DNA from: Solirubrobacterales bacterium
GTDB taxonomy: Bacteria; Actinomycetota; Thermoleophilia; Solirubrobacterales; 70-9
Direction: 5' to 3'
NCBI GenBank assembly: GCA_036265435.1
Contig: DATAPB010000184.1
Coordinates: 1 to 44,981 of the forward strand
DNA length: 44,981 nucleotides
This document shows, piece after piece, positions 1 through 8,887 of the stretch; positions within the stretch are counted from its first letter, which is position 1; each line of letters starts with the position of its first letter. Position numbers and translations under genes: made by a program. Below the pieces are notes generated by a model. It ran no database searches. It was given only the letters and a program-made list of their open reading frames with translations, and was not told where the DNA came from.

Positions 1-2660
1 GGTTCCCGACGCCGGAGGGGACGGAGCCGGGGGAGATGCTCCGGGAATTGGCGAGCGATGGCCTGCGCCGCCGCTACGGGGACCCGATTCCGGCCGATGC
101 GCGAGAGCGTCTGGACTTCGAGCTCGGGGTGATCTCGGACATGGGCTTCGAGTCGTACTTCCTGATCGTCTGGGACTTCGTCAAGTACGCGAAGGAGAAC
201 GGGATCGCCGTGGGCCCGGGGCGAGGGTCGGCCGCCGGGTCGATCGTCGCGTACGCACTGGAGATCACCGACATCGACCCCCTGGCCAGCGGCCTGATCT
301 TCGAGCGCTTCCTCAACCCCGGCCGCAAGTCGATGCCGGACATCGACATCGACTTCTCCGTGCGCGGCCGCGAGCGGATCATTCGCTATGTCGCCGACAA
401 GTACGGCCGCGAGTCCGTCGCCCAGATCATCACCTTCGGCACGATGGCCCCCCGCGCGGCCATCCGGGACGCTGCCCGTGTCCTGGGCTACGACTACGCG
501 ACCGGGGACAGACTCGCCAAGCAGATTCCCGAGCCAATCTTCGGCCGCAGCCCGAGCTTCGAGGAGTGCCTGAAACCGGGGGAGGAGCTGAAGCGCACCT
601 ACGACTCAGATCCCGACGCGCGGAAGATCCTCGACACCGCGCAGGGGCTCGAGGGCATCGTCCGCAACAACTCGATCCATGCCGCCGCGGTCGTGATCGC
701 GGACCGGCCCCTGCAGGAGATCGTCCCCCTGCAGCTCGCCGAGGACCGCGGCGCGACGAACGGCAATGGGAACAGCGCCACCGAGCGGGCCTACAAGACG
801 GTCACCCAGTACTCGATGGGCCCGATCGAGGAGATTGGCCTGCTGAAGATGGACTTCCTCGGTCTGCGCAATCTCGACGTGATCGAGGACGCGATCGAGA
901 TCATCCGCCGCTCGCGCGGCGAGGAGGTCGACATCGAGAAGGTCCCGCTGGACGACCCGGAGACCTACGCGATGCTGGCCAAGGGCGACTCGACGGCTGT
1001 CTTCCAAATGGAGTCGGAGGGAATGCGCGACGCCCTGCGGCAGGTCGGACCCACTGAGTTCGCCGACCTTGTCGCGCTGAATGCCCTTTATCGGCCGGGG
1101 GCGATGGCCTACATCCCTGCCTACGCGAAGGGCAAGAAGAACCCCGCGAGCGTCCGCTACCCCGACCCGCGCCTCCGCGCCATCACCGAGGAGACCCACG
1201 GCTGCGTCGTCTACCAGGAGCAGCTGATGGCCATCGCCCGCGAGCTCGCCGGCTTCTCCGGCGCGGAGGCGGACGACCTGCGCAAGGCGATCGGGAAGAA
1301 GAAGCGCGACCTGATGGCGACGATGAAGGACAAGTTCATGAAGGGGCTGGCGGACTCGAAGACCGACCCCAGGGTCGCTGCCGACCTCTGGAAGCTGAAC
1401 GAGGCGGCGGCGGACTACTCCTTCAACAAGTCGCACGCCGCGTGCTACGGGCTGATCTCCTACCGGACCGCCTACCTGAAGGCCAACTACCCGGCCGAGT
1501 ACATGGCGGCGGTGATCTCCTCAGTGATGAACACTAAGGACAAGGTCCCGTTCTTCGTCAACCGCTGCGACGAGATGGGGATCGAGGTCCTACCGCCCGA
1601 CGTGAACACCTCCGACCACGGCTTCGTGGTCTCGGGGAACAGCATCCGCTTCGGCCTCGACGCCGTGAAGAACGTCGGCCACATCGCCGTCCAGGCGATC
1701 CTCGACGCCCGTTCGGAGGAGGGGAGCTTCACCTCGCTTTGGGATTTCTGCGAGCGGGTCGACAGTCGGGCCGTGAACAAGCGAGCGGTTGAATGCCTGG
1801 TCAAGTGCGGAGCATTTGACTCCACCGGCGCCTCGCGGAAGGGGATGCTGGAGGCGCTGCCGGCGGCGATTGCCTTCGGTCAGAAGGCGCAGGAGGACTC
1901 GCGTCTGGGCCAGTCCTCGATCTTCGACCTCGGCGGCGGCGCGGAGGAGTCCGGGCCATCGCGACAGCACCACGCCCCGATCCGGGCGGAGGAGTTCGAC
2001 CAGCGCGAGCTGCTGCGGCTCGAGAAGGAGACGCTGGGCACGTTCCTCTCCTCGCATCCCCTCGCGGAGGTGAAGGAGGCGCTCCGCACCCGGGTGGACT
2101 GCTCGCTCACGAGCCTCTCCGACAAGCAGGACGGCTCCTGGGTGACGGTCGGCGGGATCGTCACGGAGTTCAAGCGCCACAAGTCGAAGAATGGGTCGCT
2201 GATGTCGTTTGCCACGCTCGACGACGTCGAGGGTCAGGTTGAGATGCTGGTCATGGGGAAGGCGTACGAGGCCTCGCACGAGTTCCTCGCCGCCGACGCG
2301 ATCGTGATCGTGCGGGGCCGACTCGACCACAAGGGCCGCGGCGACACCAAGCTCGTGGCGCAGGAGGTGGAGCTCTTCCAGCCGAGCGAGGACGAGGTCG
2401 CGAAGGCCCGGGCCGTCAGGGAGCGCGACAACGGCCCGCTGCGGCTGCACATCGACGCCGCGGTGTTCGGGGTCACAGTGATCGAGGAGCTGAAGACGAT
2501 CCTCGGCCACTTCCCCGGCGATTCCGAGGTGTTGCTCGTCATGAAGACCCGCCAGGGCCTCCGAGAGCTCCAATTCGGGCGCGAGTACCGGGTTCGCCGC
2601 TCGGCCGGCCTGGACGCCGAGATCGACGCACTGCTCGGTACCGCGGCCCGGGCCGCTTAG
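1..2660 (+). CDS. dnaE: DNA polymerase III alpha subunit, C-terminal ~880 aa (5' end lies outside the window)
   Basis: Frame of ORF 36..2660 stays open back to nt 3 (FPTPEGTEPGE-MLRELASDGL). Typical DnaE motifs are present: GFESYFLIVWDF, PDIDIDF, SIHAAAVVI, LKMDFLGLRNL, FNKSHAACYG, and a C-terminal OB-fold region. Confidence 0.95.
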   Translation, partial: FPTPEGTEPGEMLRELASDGLRRRYGDPIPADARERLDFELGVISDMGFESYFLIVWDFVKYAKENGIAVGPGRGSAAGSIVAYALEITDIDPLASGLIFERFLNPGRKSMPDIDIDFSVRGRERIIRYVADKYGRESVAQIITFGTMAPRAAIRDAARVLGYDYATGDRLAKQIPEPIFGRSPSFEECLKPGEELKRTYDSDPDARKILDTAQGLEGIVRNNSIHAAAVVIADRPLQEIVPLQLAEDRGATNGNGNSATERAYKTVTQYSMGPIEEIGLLKMDFLGLRNLDVIEDAIEIIRRSRGEEVDIEKVPLDDPETYAMLAKGDSTAVFQMESEGMRDALRQVGPTEFADLVALNALYRPGAMAYIPAYAKGKKNPASVRYPDPRLRAITEETHGCVVYQEQLMAIARELAGFSGAEADDLRKAIGKKKRDLMATMKDKFMKGLADSKTDPRVAADLWKLNEAAADYSFNKSHAACYGLISYRTAYLKANYPAEYMAAVISSVMNTKDKVPFFVNRCDEMGIEVLPPDVNTSDHGFVVSGNSIRFGLDAVKNVGHIAVQAILDARSEEGSFTSLWDFCERVDSRAVNKRAVECLVKCGAFDSTGASRKGMLEALPAAIAFGQKAQEDSRLGQSSIFDLGGGAEESGPSRQHHAPIRAEEFDQRELLRLEKETLGTFLSSHPLAEVKEALRTRVDCSLTSLSDKQDGSWVTVGGIVTEFKRHKSKNGSLMSFATLDDVEGQVEMLVMGKAYEASHEFLAADAIVIVRGRLDHKGRGDTKLVAQEVELFQPSEDEVAKARAVRERDNGPLRLHIDAAVFGVTVIEELKTILGHFPGDSEVLLVMKTRQGLRELQFGREYRVRRSAGLDAEIDALLGTAARAA

Positions 2661-2691
2661 AATCCGGAGGCTCCGTCCGGGCGGGGTTCCC

Positions 2692-4948
2692 ATGGGGAGT
2701 GGAACTCAGCAAACGCGTTCCGGCGAGAGCCTGGCGAGCTACCAGGCCGAGAGCTGGACTACTCGGCAGCTGGCCGAGTTTCTGTCGGTGGTCTCGTCGT
2801 TCACCGACGAGCGCGCCGCGCTGCAGGGCTGCGTGGAACGGGCGGCCGCGGCGATCGGCGCCGAGGTGGCCGTCCTCGTCCGAGACGGGAAGGTCGCTGC
2901 CTCGATCGGATTCCCAGATGGAGACGAGCCGGTCGCGGACCTCCTCGGGGCCTCCGGCGACCTGCGCTTCGAGCGCAGGCTGGGGGGCCTGGGGCTCTGC
3001 ACGGGAATCTGCTCGCTGGTCGAGGACGAGGGCACGCTCCTCGTGGCGCGAACGGGGCGCAGGGACTTCAGCAAGGACGAGCTGGACCTGCTCCGCGGGA
3101 TGGGGCGGGTTCTCGCCCTCTCGCTGCGGAGCATCCGGCTGATCGGGGAGCTCCGCGAGCGCCAGACCCTCCTCGAGCGCCTGACTCTGCTGCAGCGTTC
3201 CATCGCCAGCCGCGCCGACATCGAGGACGTGCTCGACGCGATCGTCACGGGCGCGAGCGAGCTGCTCGGCGACGAGCTGGTCGACCTCAGCCTGATTGAC
3301 CCCGAGGACCCGACGATCCTGGAGGTAGTCGCCTCGGTCGGCTACGCGCCCGAGCTGCTCGCCCAGATCCGCCGCACTCCGGTCGAGATCGGCATCGCCG
3401 GCCACGCCGTGACCGAGCGGCGCCCCATCGTCGTCGAGGACTACGGCGCCGATCCCCGGCGGATGCCCGACGTCGTGGTGGACGGCCTGCGGGCTGTGAT
3501 CTCCGCGCCGGTCTACCAGCGAGGGGAGCTGGTGGGCGCGCTCTCCCTGGGCACCCGGAAGCCGGGGCGCCGGTACAGCGAGATCGAGCGTGACGCCGTG
3601 CTCGCCTTCGCCGAGCATGCGGGCCTCGCGCTGAACGACGCGAAGGCCGTCGAGGAGACGGCGCACCAGGCCTTCCACGACCCCCTCACCGGCCTGGCGA
3701 ATCGCGCCCTCTTCGTCGATCGCCTCGCCCAGGCGCGCACCCGCGCGGCCGCGGCGGGCGACACCGTCGGAGTGCTGTTCGCCGACCTGGACGGATTCAA
3801 GACGGTGAACGACAGCCTCGGGCACGCAGCCGGTGACCAACTGCTGATCATCGCCGGTCAGAGGCTCGCGTCGGTTGTGGGCCCGACCGACACCGTCGCC
3901 CGGTTCGGCGGGGACGAGTCCGCGATTCTCGTCGAGGACGTCCGACAGCCGATCGAGCTCGCCCGCTTGGCCCGGCTCGCGCTCGACTCGCTCGAGCGCG
4001 TCGTCGAGGTCGAGGGCCGCGAGGTCTTCATCACCGCCAGCATCGGGATCGCGGTGGGTCTGGAGGAGCCGGAGGACCTGCTCCGGAACGCCGACCTGGC
4101 GATGTACGAGGCGAAGGGACAGGGCAAGGGCCGCTACGAGATCTGCCAGCGCCACATGCACGAGGCGGTCGCGCAGCGGCTCGACCTCGAGCTCGACCTG
4201 AAGCGAGCCGCCGACCGCGACGAGTTCGTCCTCCACTTCCAGCCGATCGTCGAGATGGAGGGAGAGAGCGTCGTCGGGGTGGAGGCGCTGATCCGCTGGA
4301 TGCACCCAACTAAGGCCTGATCCTGCCCGACCAGTTCATCCCGATCGCCGAGGAGAGCGGGCAGATCCACGCCCTGGGGCGTTGGGTCCTCTGGGAGGCG
4401 TGCCAGCAGGTGCTCGAGTGGGAGGACACCCACGGCAGGCTCGGGCTGAACGTGAACATCCGGGTGCCCAGCTGCGTCAGGCGAGCCTCGTACGCGAGGT
4501 CTCGGGGATCCTCGAGGCGACGGGATTGGAGCCCGACCGGCTGACGCTGGAGATCACGGAGTCCGTCCTGATGGAGGTCAGCTCGAGCAATACCGAGCGG
4601 CTCGACGCCCTGAAGAAGCTCGGGGTTCAGCTGGCGGTGGATGACTTCGGCACCGGGTACTCGTCGCTGCAGTACCTGAAGGGCTTCCCATTCGACTGGC
4701 TGAAGATCGCGAAGCCATTCGTCGACGGCGTTGGGGACTCGGATGCGCAGGCTCGGATCGCTCGAGCGATCGTCGACCTCGCCCACAGCCTCGAGATCGA
4801 GGTGATCGGGGAGGGGATCGAGTCGAGGCGGCAGGCCGCAATCCTGGGAGAGCTGGGCTGCTTCAACGGCCAGGGGTTCCACTACTCGCCGCCGCTTCCG
4901 GTCGAGGAGGTCTCGGAATACCTGGCCGCCGGATCCGCCGCGCGCTAG
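2692..4948 (+). pseudogene. GAF-GGDEF-EAL signalling protein, EAL domain broken by two 1-nt frameshifts
   Basis: ORF 2692..4320 carries GAF-like regions, a GGDEF domain (RFGGDESAIL) and the start of an EAL domain (GVEALIRWMHP), then stops. The EAL domain continues in frame 3 from 4314 ([30 protein letters not shown]...LNVNI). It then continues in frame 2 from about 4463 ([13 protein letters not shown]...LEITES...DDFGTGYSSL...GEGIE...QGF) to 4948. Confidence 0.85.
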
Positions 4949-5031
4949 CAGATTCACCCCCAATTGCGCAAGGGCTGGACCCGTATCGGCATTCCCATCC
5001 GTCCGCCGACGCGGCCTAGACTGAATGCCTC

Positions 5032-5436
5032 GTGTCAGGGCGTATCCAAGAACAACGCAGCACAGCCGGCGAGTGCCGCCAGTGCAGCTCCTTCTGCGAC
5101 AAGCTGGTCGACCCGGCGGGCTGTCTCGAGATGGGGTGCAAGTACCTCTACACATACGAGGACGCCCGCACCGGGGGCCGCTACATGGGCTGCATGAACA
5201 AGGTCTTCGGCGCCGAGATCGACTTCGACATGTTCCTGCTGGCCGAGCGCGCTCGCGAGGGCTTCGGCGGGATCAAGATGACCGGCGATCCTCTCCCGCA
5301 CTGCCAGTTCTCGGTCGAGCGGGCCTACGAGGGCGATGGGCCCGCGTACGAGTGCGTCAACCGTCGTTTCTTCGACGCGCCCGACGATCACCCGGAGTCG
5401 ATCCGGGCGTTCGACCTCCGCAACTCGCTGACCTGA
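5032..5436 (+). CDS. cysteine-rich hypothetical protein (134 aa)
   Basis: GTG-start ORF with strong GC3 bias. It has eight Cys, including CRQCSSFCDKLVDPAGCLEMGC. I recognise no family. Confidence 0.6.
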   Translation: MSGRIQEQRSTAGECRQCSSFCDKLVDPAGCLEMGCKYLYTYEDARTGGRYMGCMNKVFGAEIDFDMFLLAERAREGFGGIKMTGDPLPHCQFSVERAYEGDGPAYECVNRRFFDAPDDHPESIRAFDLRNSLT

Positions 5437-5439
5437 CGG

Positions 5440-5880
5440 TCAGCCGAGCAGCTCCTCCAACCGGTCGAAGCTGTCGGTCCACCCGTCACGGTGCAGCTCG
5501 AGCCTCTCCGCGGTGGCGAACTCCCCCTGTCTCAAGCCGACATCGGTCTGATCGCCCCGGTCCTCGAGCGACAGGGTCACCACGGTCTCCCGGTCGTCCG
5601 TGTGGGGCGGATCCCAGACGAAGGTGTACGAGAGGCGGGATGGGGGTTCGACCTCGCGGAATTGACCGTCGAGATGGAAGGCGTCACCCTCCGGCGGCTG
5701 CATTGCGATGCGAAAGGTGCGTCCGACCCGCGGCTCGAAGTCGACACTCGGAGAGCCGAATCCCTTGGGGCCGAACCACTCGGGCAGCTCGCGGGGGTCC
5801 GTCAGCGCTCGCCAGACGTCCTCGATGGGTGCCGGCAGAACGCGAGTCATCTGCAGCCGAAGGCCTTCGCTTGGCGTCAT
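5440..5880 (-). CDS. SRPBCC/AHSA1 (START-like) domain protein
   Basis: 146 aa. The N-terminus TRVLPAPIEDVWRALTDPRELPEWFGPKGF and the C-terminus HRDGWTDSFDRLEELL are typical of Aha1-like SRPBCC proteins. Confidence 0.8.
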   Translation of the reverse strand: MTPSEGLRLQMTRVLPAPIEDVWRALTDPRELPEWFGPKGFGSPSVDFEPRVGRTFRIAMQPPEGDAFHLDGQFREVEPPSRLSYTFVWDPPHTDDRETVVTLSLEDRGDQTDVGLRQGEFATAERLELHRDGWTDSFDRLEELLG

Positions 5881-5937
5881 CTTGATCTCTGGGGACTGGA
5901 GCGCATCGTATGCCGGGACTCGCTATCAGTCCAAGGG

Positions 5938-6717
5938 ATGGGCGGGACCCTTCGCAAGCCGGCCGCGACATGGGTGATCGCGACGATCGTGGCGATGGCG
6001 CTGATCGGCTGTGGCGGGGCATCGGCCGCCCCGCCGCAGCGGGTGGCCGACGAGATCAAGCAGAACGACGCCGCCCTGCGGCAGGCAATCGACGCCTGGC
6101 GCTCGGCGGGTGATCCGCCTTCGACCGTCCCGCCGTCCGACGTCGTTGACCGGTCGGCCGATCTCCAGGACGAGGTCGCCTTCCTGGGCGACCACCCGAA
6201 CCTCGCCAGGCGGGTCATTCCGCTGCTCAGCGGCCAACTGCGCGGCGAGGTCACCCGCCTGTACGCCGCCCGCCGCGCGCTCCTGAGGCTCTCCGCCGGG
6301 TCGAAGCACAAGAAGCTGAAGCTTGGCCGGCGGCCGCCACTGTCTGACCTCGTCTCCTTCTACAGCGAGGCCCAGAGCCGCTTCGGAGTCGGCGCCAACT
6401 ACCTCGCGGCGATCCACCTGGTGGAGACGAAGTTCGGGCGGGTCGTCAACAACAGCGTGGCCGGCGCCCAGGGGCCGATGCAGTTCATCCCGTCGACCTG
6501 GGAGATCTACGGCCACGGTGGAAACATCAGGGACCCGCACGACGCCATCCTCGCCGCCGCCCGTCTGCTGCGAGCCAACGGGGCGCCTCAACGGTATGGA
6601 CCCGCGCTGCGCGCGTACAACCCCTCCGGCCTCTATGTGGATGCGGTCACCCGCTACGCCAGGGAGATCGCCGCCAATCCCTACGCGCTCTACTACCTCT
6701 ACGCGTGGGAACCGTAA
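5938..6717 (+). CDS. lytic transglycosylase domain lipoprotein
   Basis: Internal ATG at 5938 gives MGGTLRKPAATWVIATIVAMALIGCGG (lipobox-like LIGC). Catalytic-type motifs are LVETKFGR and AQGPMQFIPSTW. The upstream part of ORF 5491..6717 is antisense to the SRPBCC gene. Confidence 0.8.
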   Translation: MGGTLRKPAATWVIATIVAMALIGCGGASAAPPQRVADEIKQNDAALRQAIDAWRSAGDPPSTVPPSDVVDRSADLQDEVAFLGDHPNLARRVIPLLSGQLRGEVTRLYAARRALLRLSAGSKHKKLKLGRRPPLSDLVSFYSEAQSRFGVGANYLAAIHLVETKFGRVVNNSVAGAQGPMQFIPSTWEIYGHGGNIRDPHDAILAAARLLRANGAPQRYGPALRAYNPSGLYVDAVTRYAREIAANPYALYYLYAWEP

Positions 6718-6802
6718 CGTCCGCCCCTAAGCGGAAACCTTTACGCGTCCGCGCCCTGCGGCTACTGTCGAATTCGGACGCTGCGTGAAGAGGGGAGAGA
6801 GC

Positions 6803-8029
6803 ATGAGCGAGGCGAGATACGACGCGATCGTCATCGGTGCGCGCTGTGCGGGGTCACCCACGGCGATGCTCCTGGCCCGTCAGGGCCACCGGGTCCTGCT
6901 GGTCGACAAGGCGACCTTTCCCAGCGACACGATGTCAACGCACCTGGTCCATCCCCCGGGAGTCGCGGCGCTCGAGCGCTGGGGGCTGCTCGAGAGGCTC
7001 GAGGCCACCGGGTGCCCAGCGGTCGAGAGGTATTCGTTCGACTTCGGTCCCATCACGATCGCCGGGAACCCGCGACCAATCGACGGGATCGCGCGCGCCT
7101 ACGGGCCACGTCGAACCGTCCTCGACAAGCTGCTGATCGACGCCGCCGCGGAGGCCGGCGCCGAGGTGCGGGAGGGCTTCACAGTGGAGGAGGTCCTCGC
7201 CAAGGAGGGCAAGGTCGAGGGCATCCGCGGGCACGCAAAGGGAGGCACAAGTGTCGGCGAGCTCGCCAAGGTGGTGATCGGGGCCGACGGCAGGCACTCA
7301 AAGGTCGCCAAGGCCGTCCAGCCGGAGCAGTACAACGAGCGACCCTCGCGGCTCGTCATGTACTACGCCTACTGGAGCGAGCTGCCCGTCGGCGGCTTCG
7401 AGACCACCATTCGCGCGGAGAACCGCCGGGGATGGGCCGCACTCCCTACGCATGACGGCCTGACCTGTGTCCCGTTCGGCTGGCCACGCGAGGAGTTCCG
7501 GGCGAATCGCACTGACATCCAGGCCAACTTCATGAGAGCTGTGGATCTGGCGCCGGAGTTCGCCCAACGCGTGCGCGGGGCACGGCGAGAGTCGAAGTTC
7601 GTCGGTTCCGCCGAGCTGCCCGGCTACTTCCGCAAGCCGTTCGGCCCAGGCTGGGCGCTGGTCGGCGATGCCGGCTACCACAAGAATCCGATCACCGCGA
7701 TGGGCATCAACGACGCGTTCCGCGACGCCGAGCTTCTTTCCACCGCGCTGCACCAGGCGCTGGCGGGCGAGCGCGAGTACGACGAGGCGATGCGCGCCTA
7801 TCAGCACGCTCGCGACGAGCAGGCAGCACCCGTCTACGAGTTCACGGACGAGTTCGCGACCATGGAGCCCCCGCCACCCGAGATGCAGCAGCTCCTCGGC
7901 GCGATCTATGGCGATCAGAAGGAGATGGACGCGTTCATCAGTGTCCAGGCCAGCACGATGCCCGCTCCGGACTTCTTCGCTCCGGAGAACGTTGGGCGGA
8001 TCATGTCCAGGGATGCAGCGGGGGGCTGA
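6803..8029 (+). CDS. FAD-dependent oxidoreductase/monooxygenase family protein
   Basis: Rossmann dinucleotide motif YDAIVIGARCAGSPTAMLLARQGHRVLLVDK. A later GDAGY motif is also present. ATG 6803 is preceded by GGGGAGAG. Confidence 0.8.
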   Translation: MSEARYDAIVIGARCAGSPTAMLLARQGHRVLLVDKATFPSDTMSTHLVHPPGVAALERWGLLERLEATGCPAVERYSFDFGPITIAGNPRPIDGIARAYGPRRTVLDKLLIDAAAEAGAEVREGFTVEEVLAKEGKVEGIRGHAKGGTSVGELAKVVIGADGRHSKVAKAVQPEQYNERPSRLVMYYAYWSELPVGGFETTIRAENRRGWAALPTHDGLTCVPFGWPREEFRANRTDIQANFMRAVDLAPEFAQRVRGARRESKFVGSAELPGYFRKPFGPGWALVGDAGYHKNPITAMGINDAFRDAELLSTALHQALAGEREYDEAMRAYQHARDEQAAPVYEFTDEFATMEPPPPEMQQLLGAIYGDQKEMDAFISVQASTMPAPDFFAPENVGRIMSRDAAGG

Positions 8030-8032
8030 TCC

Positions 8033-8887
8033 TCAGCGTTTCGTCGCCTCGCGCCAGAGCCGGCGGACGAGCTGCACGTCCTTCTTCTCCACGTCGTGGC
8101 CGTCGATGCCGGGGCCCTCGAGCACGGCCGGGACCTTCTGGAGACGGCGTTCGCCGAGGAAGGCGCGAAATCCCCTGCGCCCGATCTCGCCCTTGCCGAT
8201 CGGTGCGTGCCGGTCGCGATTCGAGCCCAGTGGGTCGGTCGCGTCGTTCACGTGCATCAGCTTCAGCTGTTCGAGACCGACCTTCGCTTCGATCTCGTCG
8301 ACCAGGTCCTTCGTGCCCTCGGGCGTCGCAATGTCGTAGCCCGTGGCGTAGAGGTGGCAGGTGTCGATGCAGAGGCCGAGTCGCTTGGGACCGCCCGTCT
8401 TGTCGATCAGCTCTGCGGTCTCGTCGAAGTCACGCCCGAGGAGCTGCGGCGAACCGGCCGTGTTCTCGTAGAAGATCGGGCAGCGCTCGCTGCGGGAGAG
8501 AGCTTCCTTGATCAGTTCGATCGCGCGCTTTCGAGCATTGCTCCTCGTGTCGTCCTTCAGCGCCCCGGGATGGACGACCACACCCATAGCGCCGATCTCA
8601 TCGCCCACCCGCAGGGCGTGAGTGAGGGATTCGAGCGACTTGCGCCGCATCTCCCTGTCCTTCGCCGCCGGGTTGATCAGGTAGATCATGTGGATGGCGA
8701 CCACCTGGACGCGCGAGGCCGCCATCGCCTCGCGGAATGCGGAGAAGTCGGCCTCGGAGTAGCTCGTCGGACGCCACATCCGCGGGCTCTGATTGAAGAT
8801 CTGGATCGCGTCGCAGGTGCGCTCCTGGGCCCGCTCGACGGCCCTGACGAGACCACCCCCTGTGGAAACATGGGCGCCGATCAGCAT
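8033..8887 (-). CDS. nfo: deoxyribonuclease IV (endonuclease IV)
   Basis: MLIGAHVSTGGG N-terminus starting from ATG at 8887. Other motifs are IFNQSPRMW, VVHPG, IDTCHLYATGYD and MHVNDA. Confidence 0.9.
   Translation of the reverse strand: MLIGAHVSTGGGLVRAVERAQERTCDAIQIFNQSPRMWRPTSYSEADFSAFREAMAASRVQVVAIHMIYLINPAAKDREMRRKSLESLTHALRVGDEIGAMGVVVHPGALKDDTRSNARKRAIELIKEALSRSERCPIFYENTAGSPQLLGRDFDETAELIDKTGGPKRLGLCIDTCHLYATGYDIATPEGTKDLVDEIEAKVGLEQLKLMHVNDATDPLGSNRDRHAPIGKGEIGRRGFRAFLGERRLQKVPAVLEGPGIDGHDVEKKDVQLVRRLWREATKR

Noticed and set aside
2539-4305. 588-aa ORF antisense to the GAF-GGDEF-EAL gene. Similar long shadow ORFs occur throughout, e.g. 15597..17237 -, 17260..19800 -, 22451..24493 +, 24969..26561 -, 26854..28452 -, 28739..29989 -, 37619..39502 +.
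   Set aside because: Their translations are Arg/Ala/Gly/Pro-rich low-complexity strings. They lie exactly opposite genes with unmistakable conserved motifs. Long stop-free antisense frames are expected at this GC content.
5491-5937. N-terminal 149 codons of ORF 5491..6717, which would give a 408-aa lytic transglycosylase.
   Set aside because: This part is antisense to the well-supported SRPBCC gene (5440..5880). The internal ATG 5938 yields a lipoprotein-type signal sequence.
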